A stretch of DNA of 64,000 nt from a bacterium. GTDB lineage: Bacteria > UBA8248. Position numbers and translations under genes: made by a program. The DNA is taken from positions 2,528,001 to 2,592,000 of the forward strand of contig OZ244799.1 in assembly GCA_965219955.1 (NCBI GenBank). The letters run 5' to 3'. The notes beneath the pieces are model-generated. The model was not told where the DNA came from. It did no database searches and saw only the letters and a list, made by a program, of their open reading frames with translations. Of the stretch, positions 1-9,238 are shown in pieces; the stretch's first letter is position 1, and each line of letters begins with the position of its first letter.

Positions 1-656
1 TCCCAGGGATGCTGGGCGTCCAGCCAGGGTTCCTCCCAGATCGAGGAGCGCAGGCCCTCGCCCGCGCACAATTCGTTGAGCGCCTCGTCCATCTCGAGGT
101 TCTCCAGCAAATCGAAGAGCCGGTAGGGCATGACGAACACGCCGGCCAGCACGTAATTGCCCACCTCGCGCTCCACGGGCTTCTCCACGAGGCGCTCTAT
201 CTGCATGTCCTTGCCCAGATAGACCGTGCCGTAGTTCTGGGCATGGGGCGTGTGGCAAATCGCCGCCACGGGCTGGTGAAAGGTGCCGAACGCCTGAACG
301 ACCTGCCGGTACATGTTCTCCGACGCCAGCACGTCCGCATACACCAGCAGAAACGACTCATCCTCCTGAAAGTGCCCTTTCGCGAGGCTGATGGCGTCGC
401 GGATTCCCGTGGGTTCTTCCTGGCGGATGTACTGAATCGTCATCCCGTAGCGCGAACCCTGGCCGAATTCGTTGATGATCCTGTCGGCGCGGTGACCGAC
501 GACGACGACGAGGTCGCTCACGCCGGCGGCGCGTATTTTCTTGAGCGCCGAATGCAGGAGCATCTCGCCCGCCATCGGCAGCATCGCCTTGGGCCGGGTA
601 TTCGTAAACGGATACAAACCGGCCCCGCGGCCGGCCGCCAGAATCAGTGCTCTCAC
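1..656 (-). CDS. Sugar-phosphate nucleotidyltransferase (NTP_transferase family), runs off the left window edge
   Basis: Not in the ORF track. Manual translation from GTG at 656 gives MRALILAAGRGAGLYPFTNTRPKAMLPMAG...VVVVGHRADRIINEFGQGSRYGMTIQYIRQEEPTGIRDAI, the canonical LAAGxG...PK signature. Confidence 0.85.
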   Translation of the reverse strand, partial: MRALILAAGRGAGLYPFTNTRPKAMLPMAGEMLLHSALKKIRAAGVSDLVVVVGHRADRIINEFGQGSRYGMTIQYIRQEEPTGIRDAISLAKGHFQEDESFLLVYADVLASENMYRQVVQAFGTFHQPVAAICHTPHAQNYGTVYLGKDMQIERLVEKPVEREVGNYVLAGVFVMPYRLFDLLENLEMDEALNELCAGEGLRSSIWEEPWLDAQHPW

Positions 657-745
657 GAGATACCCTTCTGCAATAGGCCCAAAACAGCCCCCGAACGGGC
701 TTTTCTCCCGTTTTTTCTATCTTGCGCGGCAAATTATAGCAAATC

Positions 746-1050
746 GGGGTTGTTGAAAAACCCCCATTTCGTGATTCGGCGAACGAAACCGACCGGGGAG
801 AGGGCCCGCAGGGACAGGCCGCGACCTCGGACAGGCGCAGGAGCCTGTCCGCTACAAAAGCAACCCCCTTGTCAGGGCTGTTGAAAAAGTCCGTTAAAGG
901 AAGATTGGCGATTGTAGGGACAACCCTCCGTGGTTGTCCTGCCCTTCGTGGTTGTCCTTCGTCAGGACAGGCACGGAGGCCTGTCCCTACGGTGAACAAT
1001 TCGATGATCGGGATTCCCTCCCTCCTCGCGGAGAACTTTTTCAACGGCCC
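746..1050. repeat. MITE-like element(s) with GGGCTGTTGAAAAA terminal inverted repeats enclosing a GTAG-type REP doublet
   Basis: TIR-like ends at 746, 875-888 (gggctgttgaaaaa) and 1037-1050 (tttttcaacggccc). The internal GTAGGGAC...GTCCCTAC palindrome at 914-990 recurs at 10227, ~17854 and 24407. Confidence 0.75.
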
Positions 1051-1069
1051 CTCGATGCGGGAAAACCGC

Positions 1070-1310
1070 CGTCATTCCGGCAATCAATGCCGACCGAGGA
1101 GGGAGGGATTGCCCGGAATCCATTTTGACTTTTCACCGGGCAGGGCGGCCACGACCTTGTTGTCGCGCGGCGTCGAGATGCAGAACTCAGAAAATTCGCC
1201 TTTCGTTTTTGTCTTCGATTCCGCTCCCCTCCGCCCGGGATTAAATACGTCCAAACGAGGAGGCAAAAAGGCAAAGGCGAAAATGGATTCCGGCTTTCGC
1301 CGGAATGACG
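1070..1310. repeat. CGTC-type REP inverted pair
   Basis: cgtcattccggc...ccggaatcca (1070-1122) and tggattccggctttcgccggaatgacg (~1284-1310), matching the known CGTC REP pattern. Confidence 0.65.
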
Positions 1311-1342
1311 GCGCACTCACTGCCCTCGCACGCCATACTTCC

Positions 1343-1426
1343 CTCATCCCGAGTAGGCGCGCTTGCGCGCCGTATCGAGGGACGCGCCCCTTCGATACGC
1401 GGCTCCGCCGCTACTCAGGGTGAGGA
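1343..1426. repeat. REP-like palindromic doublet (TCATCCYGAG...CGAGGG / CCCTTCGA...CTCAGGGTGA type)
   Basis: ctcatcccgagtag...gtatcgaggg paired in inverted orientation with cccttcgatac...ctactcagggtgag. Confidence 0.55.
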
Positions 1427-1548
1427 AGGTGGGGCTTCGGCGCTGTTCGGGATGAAGTCGATACGGCGGCCAAAGCAGGACGAAGAAAACACACCCACTC
1501 CCGAAAAATGGCTCTTCAACAGCACCGAATCGGGCGGTCATGCGCGCC

Positions 1549-2310
1549 TCAGCCCGCGCGCTTGCGCTTCTCGTAAATCTTCTGCGCCCGTCGCAAGTCC
1601 TCCGGCGTGTTCACGCCCAGCGCCTCTTCGGGCGACGCCAGATCAAGGCCCTGGACAACGCGGCCCTCGGCGCGCGCGATGGGGAAAACGTCGGGCAGGT
1701 AGTACTCCCCCTGGTTGTTCCCGGCCCTGATCCTCGGCAGGGCGGCGCGCAGGAAAGCGGTCTCGAAGGCATAGGCGCCCGTGTTGATCTCGGTAATTGT
1801 CTTCTGTAAATCCGTCGCGTCCGCCTCCTCCACCACGCCGATGAGTTCCGCCTCCTCGCGCAGGGCGCGGCCATACCCGTGCGGCTCCCCCGCGACGGCC
1901 GTGAGCATGGTGGCCGCCGCATGCGCCTCCTCATGCAGGCGCGCCAAGCGCTTCAGAGTAGCCGTTCGTATCAGGGGCGCATCGCCGCACAGGAGATACA
2001 GATGCTTCGCCCCGGCGGGCAGGGCGGACAAGCCCACCTCGGCGGCATGGCCGGTGCCGAGTTGCTCTTCCTGAAGGGCGAAGACGACATCCCCGTCATC
2101 GCCCGAAAACGCCCGTTGAACGTCCCGGGCCCGGTGGCCCACGACGATGACGATGGGCCGGGCGCCTGATTCTCGCGCGGTGGTCACGACGTGGCGGATC
2201 ATGGGCTCCCCGCCGACCGGATGGAGCACTTTCGCCAGAGCGGTTCCCATGCGCCTGCCCTGGCCGGCCGCAAGGATGACGGCGGCGAACCCATCGCCTC
2301 GATGCGCCAA
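1549..2310 (-). CDS. GlmU-like uridyltransferase, N-terminal domain only (no left-handed beta-helix acetyltransferase domain)
   Basis: VILAAGQGRRM...KVLHPVGG, QEEQLGTGHA, GDAPLI, PHGYGR, EINTGAY, NNQGEYYLPD, GVNT motifs of GlmU. The protein ends at 253 aa. Confidence 0.85.
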   Translation of the reverse strand: MAHRGDGFAAVILAAGQGRRMGTALAKVLHPVGGEPMIRHVVTTARESGARPIVIVVGHRARDVQRAFSGDDGDVVFALQEEQLGTGHAAEVGLSALPAGAKHLYLLCGDAPLIRTATLKRLARLHEEAHAAATMLTAVAGEPHGYGRALREEAELIGVVEEADATDLQKTITEINTGAYAFETAFLRAALPRIRAGNNQGEYYLPDVFPIARAEGRVVQGLDLASPEEALGVNTPEDLRRAQKIYEKRKRAG

Positions 2311-2315
2311 AAAAC

Positions 2316-3704
2316 TTATCTCCGGCGGGAGGGGGAAGGCTTGGTGAGGCCGAATTCCAGGAGTTTTCGTCTCAGCGTGTTGCGGTTCATGCCCAGCAGG
2401 CGCGACGCCTGCACCTGGTTCCCGCCCGCTTCGCGGAGCACCAGTTCGAGCAGGGGTTTCTCGACGCTGCGGATGGTGTGATCGTAGAAGTCGCTGCTCT
2501 CCCCGTCACCCAGGGCGGTGACCACCGAGGAGAGCCTGTCGCGGAAAAAGCCCTCGATGTCACCGCCTCCCTTGCCCCGGGGCGTGGGGCTCAAGTCATT
2601 GAGCGAAATCGAGTTGCCCTCGCTCACGAGGAATGCGCGGCATACGGCCATCTCAAGTTCGGACTCGTTTCCCCACCACTTCTGCCCGGAGAACCAGTCC
2701 ATCGCCGCCGGCGTGATCCGCCTCCTCGGCTGCCCGATGCGGCTCGAGAATTCATCCAGAATCCCCTGGGCCACGAGCGAAATGTCCTTTTTTCGATCGC
2801 GCAGCGGGGGAATCTTGATGAAGCGGGTCGTCTCTTTGCGGTAAAGACGCTTGAGAATCGTGTCCTGTATCAGCCTTTCGGGGTCATGCGTGCAGCCGAA
2901 TATCACGCGGAACTCCCGGGAGAGGCTTTTTCCCCTCAACACTTTTGCCAACGCCTTCTGGAGATCCCGGCTGATGAGCTGGGCGTCTTCGATGAAGAGC
3001 GTCCCCCCTTTTTCGACGATGTCCCCCTCTTCGCCGCGCCTCTCTTCCATGCGCCTGATGGCCTTCTCCAGCGTCGAGGCGCGCCGCATCTTCGGCCCCC
3101 AGTGCAGGAACGGGTGCCTCCCGCCGGGATACTGGGAATGCAGCGCGCGGGCGACGAGCCTGAAATTCAGCCCCTTCTCCCCTTCGAGGAGAATCGTGCG
3201 GTATTTCTGCCCCGCAAGCTGGATCGAACGTCTAAGCCTCTCGGCCGCCGCGCTCGTTCCCTCGAACCGCCATCCCCCGGACTCTTCCCTCGCCTCGGTG
3301 CGAAGCCACCTGAGCTCCCTGCGAAGATAGCCCTCCTCGCTCAAGGTGCGTGAAAACTGGAACACTTCCTCGGGATGCACCTCGTCGACGAAAACGGCGC
3401 GCGCGCCCGAGCGGATGCTCGAGGGCGTGAATCCCTTGTCCTCGGGACGCAGCACCGCGGCGAAGGGCTTTCCCGTCTCCGCGATTCTCTGCATCGGAGC
3501 CGCTTCGGCGGTTTCAGCCGCCCCGTAAAGAATGAAGTCGCACCAGTTCATGCGCGAGCGCGCTTTGTTCGGGGTTTCGAAGTAAAGCGTCTCCATGCCG
3601 ATATTCCGCAAGCCGCCGAGCAAACCCTCTCTTCCGGGAGTCAGATGACCCACGAAGAGCGCCTTGGCGCGAGTCGCGTCCTTGTCGATCAAATTCACCG
3701 TCAC
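2316..3704 (-). CDS. Sigma54-activator-like (NtrC/Fis family) regulator with degenerate AAA+ domain
   Basis: IPPLRDRKKDI, WWGNESELE and a C-terminal Fis HTH (GNQVQASRLLGMNRNTLRRKL). Walker A is degenerate and GAFTGA is absent. Confidence 0.8.
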   Translation of the reverse strand: MTVNLIDKDATRAKALFVGHLTPGREGLLGGLRNIGMETLYFETPNKARSRMNWCDFILYGAAETAEAAPMQRIAETGKPFAAVLRPEDKGFTPSSIRSGARAVFVDEVHPEEVFQFSRTLSEEGYLRRELRWLRTEAREESGGWRFEGTSAAAERLRRSIQLAGQKYRTILLEGEKGLNFRLVARALHSQYPGGRHPFLHWGPKMRRASTLEKAIRRMEERRGEEGDIVEKGGTLFIEDAQLISRDLQKALAKVLRGKSLSREFRVIFGCTHDPERLIQDTILKRLYRKETTRFIKIPPLRDRKKDISLVAQGILDEFSSRIGQPRRRITPAAMDWFSGQKWWGNESELEMAVCRAFLVSEGNSISLNDLSPTPRGKGGGDIEGFFRDRLSSVVTALGDGESSDFYDHTIRSVEKPLLELVLREAGGNQVQASRLLGMNRNTLRRKLLEFGLTKPSPSRRR

Positions 3705-3710
3705 ATGCCC

Positions 3711-4016
3711 TCAAAACAGCCGAAACACAGGCCCGGTATCCGAAAGGCCGGAAAAAACCACCTTGTCGCCGATCGACGGCTCACTCTCATCATCATCCGC
3801 CAGGCGGGCGAGAATTCGCCCCCCCTCTTCCAGTTCCACCAACGCGAGCAAATAAGGCGTCGGCATCCCCCGGGCTCCCATGTGAACCGATGAAAAGCTG
3901 TAGACGATGCCCCGCCCGGAGGCCGGCCTCTCCTCCAGTTCGCCGCCGCAATGCCCGCATCGCTGCGAGTTTTCCAGGTAAATCCGCCCGCATCCGGCGC
4001 AAACGAAGGTCTCCAT
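3711..4016 (-). CDS. DUF35-family Zn-ribbon/OB-fold protein (thiolase partner)
   Basis: CAGCG...CGHCG, GIVYSFS, PYLLALVELEEGGRILARL; lies directly after a thiolase. Start moved to ATG 4016. Confidence 0.88.
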   Translation of the reverse strand: METFVCAGCGRIYLENSQRCGHCGGELEERPASGRGIVYSFSSVHMGARGMPTPYLLALVELEEGGRILARLADDDESEPSIGDKVVFSGLSDTGPVFRLF

Positions 4017-4041
4017 GCGTGAGCATCCACCCTTCCCCGCC

Positions 4042-5202
4042 TCAGGCGGTCGCACCCAGAATGTGCACGGCGCACGTGGCCCCGGAACCTCCGAGATTGT
4101 GGGCCAGCCCCACCCCGGCGCCCGGAACCTGGCGCGCGCCCGCTTCTCCGCGCAACTGGAGCGTGAGTTCATGAATCTGCGCCACGCCCGTCGCCCCCAC
4201 CGGGTGGCCTTTCGATTTCAGGCCGCCGCTGGTGTTGACCGGCATCGCGCCGCCGAGCTTCGTCATCCCCTCGAGCGCGCCGCGGCCTCCCTCGCCTTTG
4301 GCGAAAAACCCCAAATCCTCGAGCGCGATGATCTCCGCCATCGTGAAACAATCGTGAATCTCGGCCAGGTCGACGTCCTCGCGGCTCAGCCCCGCCCGGG
4401 AGAAGGCCTCCTCCCCCGCTTTCTGCGTGGCGTAAAACGAGGTGATGTCGCGCTTGTCGGAAAGCGCGGGTGAATCCGAAGCCTGCGCCGATGCCAGAAC
4501 CTCGACCGGTTTCTCGTGATGCACCAAAGCCGTTTCTGACGGGCACAGCACGACGGCCGCCGCCCCGTCGCTGATCAGCGAGCAATCGAAAAGCCCGAGC
4601 GGCTCGGCTACGGGCCTGGCGTCCAGCACCTGGGGGAGCGTCACCTCTTTTTGCATGTGCGCGTTCGGGTTGAGCCTGCCGTGGGCGTGGTTTTTCACCG
4701 CCACGTGGGCGATCTCCTCGCGCGTCGTCCCGTGCTCGTGCATGTGGCGCCGGGCGATGAGGCCGAAAAGGGCGGGAAACGTGGAGCCGACGCTCGCCTC
4801 CACCGCCACGTCCCCGGCGGCGGCGAGGATGGAGGCCGTCTCGTCCGTCTCGGCGGAGGTCATCTTCTCCACCCCCGCGATGAGGGCGAAATCCACCTGG
4901 CCCGAAGCCACGGCCAGCACCCCCTGGCGCAGGGCCAGCCCCCCCGAGGCGCAAGCGCCCTCGAGGCGGGTGCAGGGTATCGCGCCCAGCCCCGCCGCGT
5001 GGGCGACCATGGGCGCCACGTGGTTCTGCCCGGTGAAGGCATGGCCGGCGAAATTCCCCAGGAAGAACGCTTCGATTCGCCCGGGCGCGAGGCCGGCGTC
5101 CTCGAGCGCGTCCTTGCAGGCGATAGCGCCCAGGGCGACCAGGCTCTCCGACCGCACCCCAAAGGGCGTGATGCCCACTCCGATGATCGATACGCCGCGC
5201 AC
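4042..5202 (-). CDS. Thiolase, SCP2-type
   Basis: EGACASG catalytic Cys, EIHDCF, KGHPVGATG, HNLGG. Confidence 0.92.
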   Translation of the reverse strand: MRGVSIIGVGITPFGVRSESLVALGAIACKDALEDAGLAPGRIEAFFLGNFAGHAFTGQNHVAPMVAHAAGLGAIPCTRLEGACASGGLALRQGVLAVASGQVDFALIAGVEKMTSAETDETASILAAAGDVAVEASVGSTFPALFGLIARRHMHEHGTTREEIAHVAVKNHAHGRLNPNAHMQKEVTLPQVLDARPVAEPLGLFDCSLISDGAAAVVLCPSETALVHHEKPVEVLASAQASDSPALSDKRDITSFYATQKAGEEAFSRAGLSREDVDLAEIHDCFTMAEIIALEDLGFFAKGEGGRGALEGMTKLGGAMPVNTSGGLKSKGHPVGATGVAQIHELTLQLRGEAGARQVPGAGVGLAHNLGGSGATCAVHILGATA

Positions 5203-5222
5203 TTTTCACCCCCTCGCTGTAT

Positions 5223-6551
5223 TCACACGTGCGATTCGCGCAAGTCCACGAACCTTTTCGCCTTGAACGTCGTCCGCTCGAAAGAGCCCGCGGGCAAAAC
5301 CTCCACCTCGGGCGTCACCAGGAGCTCCGCCCCGAGCCTGTCGCGCAATTTATCGCCCAGGCCCGAGTTCGCCTCCCCCTCGGCGGCCTCGGCCACGACG
5401 ACGCAGCGGTCCCGCCCCGTCGATTCATCCGGGTGCAGTTCCACGCGGAACTCGTTGCTGAGGCCTGCGAAACTGCGCACCACTTCTTCCACCTGGATGG
5501 GGTAGAACTTCGCCCCCTTGTAGATGACGAGATCGTCATGGCGTCCGAGAATGCCCCCCGGCGAGCGCAGGTGCGTCCTGCCGCAAGGGCTGGGGGAGCT
5601 GTCGACGCGCGCGAAATCATTCGTCCAGTAGCGCAGCATGGGCGTGGCCTCGCGCGTGAGATGCGTGATGACGAGAATGCCCACCTCGCCTTCGGGCGTG
5701 GGCTTTTTCGTCTCGGGGTCGACCACCTCGATGACGTGGTGATCCTCCGCCCAGATGAGGCCGGACTTCGCCACCGACTCGCTCGCGAAGGTCGGCCCGA
5801 TCTCGCCCAGCCCGTAATAATCATAGGCGTCGACGCCGAGGGCGGCTTCGATACGAGCGCGCGTGGAGGGGTTCTGCGCGCCCGCCTCCCCGCCGAAAGA
5901 ACCGATTTTAAGTGGAATCTCACCGGGGTCCACGCCGCTCTCGGTGAGTTTCTCGCCGATGTACAAGCCATAGCTGGGCGTGCTCAGGAGCACCGTGGAG
6001 CCGATGGTGGTGAGATAGAGTATCTGCCGCTCCGTCATGGCGGCGCCGATGGGGATCACGAAACAGCCGATCTTCTGGGTGGCGTAGTGCACGCTCATCC
6101 CGGCGACCCACAGGCCGTAGCTGAAGGCGTTCTGGACGATGTCGCCCGGCCGCACGCCGAAGCTCCACATCGTGCGCGCCGTGAAGTCCGCGATGTTCTC
6201 GACGTCCTGCTTGCTCCAGATCGTGCTCACGGGCACGCCGGTCGTCCCCGTGGAGGGATGGAGCTCTCCCCACGCCTCGGGCGGAGCGACGGTGTATCGT
6301 CCGAAGGGAGGATGCGCCTGCTGCTCGTCCCTGAGCTCCTGCTTGGTGACGAAGGGAATGTTCCGCAGGTCGTCGAGCGTGCGGATCGAATCGGGCCCCA
6401 CGCCAGCGGCGTCCAGGCGTTCACGGTAGAATTCGGATTCCTGATGGCAGCGGCGGACCTGCCGCTTGAGGCGTTCGAGTTGCAGGGAGGCGAGTTCATC
6501 GCGCGCCATGCGTTCGATGCGCTGATCCCAAAAATCGCCGTTTCCCACCAT
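5223..6551 (-). CDS. Phenylacetate--CoA ligase family (PaaK-like) acyl-CoA synthetase
   Basis: STGTTG, YGLWVAG, DYYGLGEIGP, PMLRYWTND, GRHDD motifs. Start taken at ATG 6551. Confidence 0.88.
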   Translation of the reverse strand: MVGNGDFWDQRIERMARDELASLQLERLKRQVRRCHQESEFYRERLDAAGVGPDSIRTLDDLRNIPFVTKQELRDEQQAHPPFGRYTVAPPEAWGELHPSTGTTGVPVSTIWSKQDVENIADFTARTMWSFGVRPGDIVQNAFSYGLWVAGMSVHYATQKIGCFVIPIGAAMTERQILYLTTIGSTVLLSTPSYGLYIGEKLTESGVDPGEIPLKIGSFGGEAGAQNPSTRARIEAALGVDAYDYYGLGEIGPTFASESVAKSGLIWAEDHHVIEVVDPETKKPTPEGEVGILVITHLTREATPMLRYWTNDFARVDSSPSPCGRTHLRSPGGILGRHDDLVIYKGAKFYPIQVEEVVRSFAGLSNEFRVELHPDESTGRDRCVVVAEAAEGEANSGLGDKLRDRLGAELLVTPEVEVLPAGSFERTTFKAKRFVDLRESHV

Positions 6552-6738
6552 GGCCGCGGAACCTTCTAGTAGAGGGAAAAGCGAACAAACCCGTCCCGCA
6601 CCCCACAATCAATATTCAATTCGCTGTCGAAAATCCCGGAAAGAGACACCAGAAAAAATAGCACACCGAAGAGTGGCGTGCAAGAAAGTGTTTTTTCAAA
6701 AGAACTTCACCGCCGTCCCGCCGGGGGGTGCTGAGAGA

Positions 6739-8661
6739 TCAAAGGGTGATCGTGGTTCCCGCCGCCTGCGGGTCGTCGAGCGCGCCGGTGAGCGCCTCCA
6801 TCACGCGGGCCGAGGGGGCGCGGCCCTCGAGATTCAGCATGAACCCGTCCATCAGCTCCCGCCTCATCCAACTCGCGAACACCGCCGCCTCGTCCAGAGC
6901 TTCCGGAGCAGCCCTTGCGCCCTCGAAGCTCTCGTCCAGGAATATCTCGTTTATCTTTTCTTCCAGGGCGCGAAGGGGCGGCGCGCCTCTCTCGAAGGAT
7001 ATTTCATGAGCGAGGAGTCCCTCCCTGATGAAATAACAATACCTCTCCTCGCGCGTCTGCCCGGGCTCGACGATGATGAGTCTTCTCCTCTCGACGGACG
7101 GCCCCGACAGGCCGTACGTCCTCACCAGATGATGCAGACGGGCGATATGGCGCCTCAGCCTGCCCGGCGACGGGCCCTCCTCTCCCCAGGCCTTCTTGAG
7201 AAGGGCAAATACGCTCTCATCCTCTTTCCGGAGACGGCCCTCCAGGATATCCCTCAACATCCCGAAGAGTTCCGCATTTTCCGCATCCGGCAAGCGGGGC
7301 GGTCTCTTGCCGCCCGGGGACCCGCCGCGCTTCCTGGCGCCGCGATTCTCCTCCGGTGCTTCACGGGGGAGCGGAAAAGCGGCGCAAATGGCGTCCAGCA
7401 AATCGGCAAGCTGCGCTTTTTTCCGGAACGGGCCATAGTAGCGGGCGCCGTCGCGAGCGAGGCGGGAGACGAAGGATACTCCCGGCCGGGCGTCATCGGC
7501 GGAGAGCCTCAAAAAACCCCCGCCCGCCACGGCGAGGTTCCCGTTCATGAGGCTCGCTTTTCGCATCGCCCGGAAAGCCTCGACGTTCATGGCCAGTTCG
7601 CTCCGCAGGCTCGTCGCCTCCACACGGCGCACGCCCTTGAGCCTGAGGGCGAATCGACCGGCGGAGCGGTTCTTGGGATAGAACATGTCCCGCACCGCCC
7701 GGTGTATGTCGTTGGCCTTGCCCGCGAACACGAGTTTCTCGTCCTTGTCATACAGGCGGTAAACGCCGCGGTCTCGGGGCAGAGATTCGATTATCGACGG
7801 GTCGAGCCGGATTCCCTCCGCCATCGGCGGCGAAACGCCCTCGTCCGGTTGTTGAAACGCGAGCAGGGATTCGAGGCTCTCCAATCCCAGCAGCCGGCCC
7901 ATCTGCATAAAGCGGATCAATATCTGCGCCGTCGCCTCGGCGTCGCTCAAGGCGCGATGCCTTCCCGCCTCCGTATCGGGAAGACCCAGCGACGCGCTCA
8001 ACTCTCCCAGATTGAAGCGTTTTTGACGCGGCAGGAGCCGGTTCGCCAATTCAAACGTGCAAAGAACCGGAGGCGAAAAATCACGCTCCAGGAACTCTTG
8101 CGCGTAATACTGCAGGAAATGGAGGTCGAAATTCGCGCAATGGGCGACGAACACGCACCCGTCGATGAAGTCCAGAAACCCGGGCAGCACCTCCATCAGC
8201 CCCGGCTTGTCCGCCACCATGGCGTCGGTGATGCCCGTCAGGCGAACGACGTTCCAGGGGATCTCCCGGCCCGGGTTGACCAGAACATCGAGAGAGTCCA
8301 CCACTTCCCCGGCGCGAACCTTGACCGCGGCCAATTCCGTAATCCGGTGCTGGGGGGGACGCCCGCCGGTGGTCTCGATGTCGACGACGGCGAAGGTGGT
8401 CTCGGGAAGATACGGCCGGGAGAGCAGACGGGCGGCCTCTTCCGCGCTCATGAAGCCGTTCCCTCCGTTCGCGGCGCTATTTTCAAGCAGGGGACCGAGG
8501 ATAACGAGCGCCGCTGAATCATCTATCTCTTTAAGGTTCAAAGCTTTGCGGAGATATTCAAACGTGGGCGACTCTTGAATCGCCACACTTTCCTCCCGCA
8601 TCGTTTCCTGAGCCATGGGCCTGCGCTTATGTGAAGACATGGGTTGTGAGTCGATGGACAT
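6739..8661 (-). CDS. DEDDh 3'-5' exonuclease (DnaQ-like) fused to a UvrC/Cho-like GIY-YIG region
   Basis: VVDIETTG, AHxAxFD, HRALSDA, followed by GVYRLYD...VFAGKA and YYGPF. Start codon uncertain. Confidence 0.82.
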   Translation of the reverse strand: MSIDSQPMSSHKRRPMAQETMREESVAIQESPTFEYLRKALNLKEIDDSAALVILGPLLENSAANGGNGFMSAEEAARLLSRPYLPETTFAVVDIETTGGRPPQHRITELAAVKVRAGEVVDSLDVLVNPGREIPWNVVRLTGITDAMVADKPGLMEVLPGFLDFIDGCVFVAHCANFDLHFLQYYAQEFLERDFSPPVLCTFELANRLLPRQKRFNLGELSASLGLPDTEAGRHRALSDAEATAQILIRFMQMGRLLGLESLESLLAFQQPDEGVSPPMAEGIRLDPSIIESLPRDRGVYRLYDKDEKLVFAGKANDIHRAVRDMFYPKNRSAGRFALRLKGVRRVEATSLRSELAMNVEAFRAMRKASLMNGNLAVAGGGFLRLSADDARPGVSFVSRLARDGARYYGPFRKKAQLADLLDAICAAFPLPREAPEENRGARKRGGSPGGKRPPRLPDAENAELFGMLRDILEGRLRKEDESVFALLKKAWGEEGPSPGRLRRHIARLHHLVRTYGLSGPSVERRRLIIVEPGQTREERYCYFIREGLLAHEISFERGAPPLRALEEKINEIFLDESFEGARAAPEALDEAAVFASWMRRELMDGFMLNLEGRAPSARVMEALTGALDDPQAAGTTITL

Positions 8662-8779
8662 CCTCTGAATGTAGCAGAAAGCGCATGAGGATCATAGTCT
8701 GTTACCCATACGCTCGTTCACCAGGCGCGCTTGTTTTGGTATAACCCAAGAACGTGGCCTTTTCCTGAGGAGAGCAGAC

Positions 8780-9238
8780 TTGTTCGGCAGCATCGGAATG
8801 ACGGAGTTGATCGTGATCATGGTGGTCGCCCTGGTCGTCATCGGACCCAAGCGCCTGCCGGACTTGGCCCGTACGCTCGGCAAGGCCCTGGGCGACTTCA
8901 AGCGCGCCACGTCCGATTTCCAGAACAGCTTCAGCATGGAAGACGACTACGATCTCGACGTGCTCGATGAGGAAACGAAGGAAAAGGACAAAAAAGCAGA
9001 CGGAGAGGATTCAAGCGAAGAAGACGCCGACGACGAAGACCACGCCGGGGAAGGCGAGGCGGCGGAGCAGACCGCCGAACAGGATCAGACCGAAACGGAC
9101 GAACCTGCGCCAGAGGCGGGCGAGGCCGCACCTGAGGTGGAGGGCGAGGCCGCGCCTGAGGTGGAGGCCGCCGCCACGGAGAGCGAAGCGGCCGAGGATG
9201 AGACCGGAACCTCACGAGAGGACGACAAGCAGACGTGA
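8780..9238 (+). CDS. tatB: Twin-arginine translocase subunit TatB (TatA/B family) with acidic tail
   Basis: IGMTELIVIMVVALVVIGPKRLPDLARTLGK; RBS gaggag before TTG; overlaps tatC. Confidence 0.88.
   Translation: MFGSIGMTELIVIMVVALVVIGPKRLPDLARTLGKALGDFKRATSDFQNSFSMEDDYDLDVLDEETKEKDKKADGEDSSEEDADDEDHAGEGEAAEQTAEQDQTETDEPAPEAGEAAPEVEGEAAPEVEAAATESEAAEDETGTSREDDKQT

Noticed and set aside
6550-8517. 655-aa plus-strand ORF
   Set aside because: Antisense shadow of the exonuclease gene; no motifs, and long shadows are expected at high GC.
9118-9165. 24-bp tandem repeat in tatB (GEAAPEVE x2)
   Set aside because: Ordinary low-complexity expansion in a disordered acidic tail.
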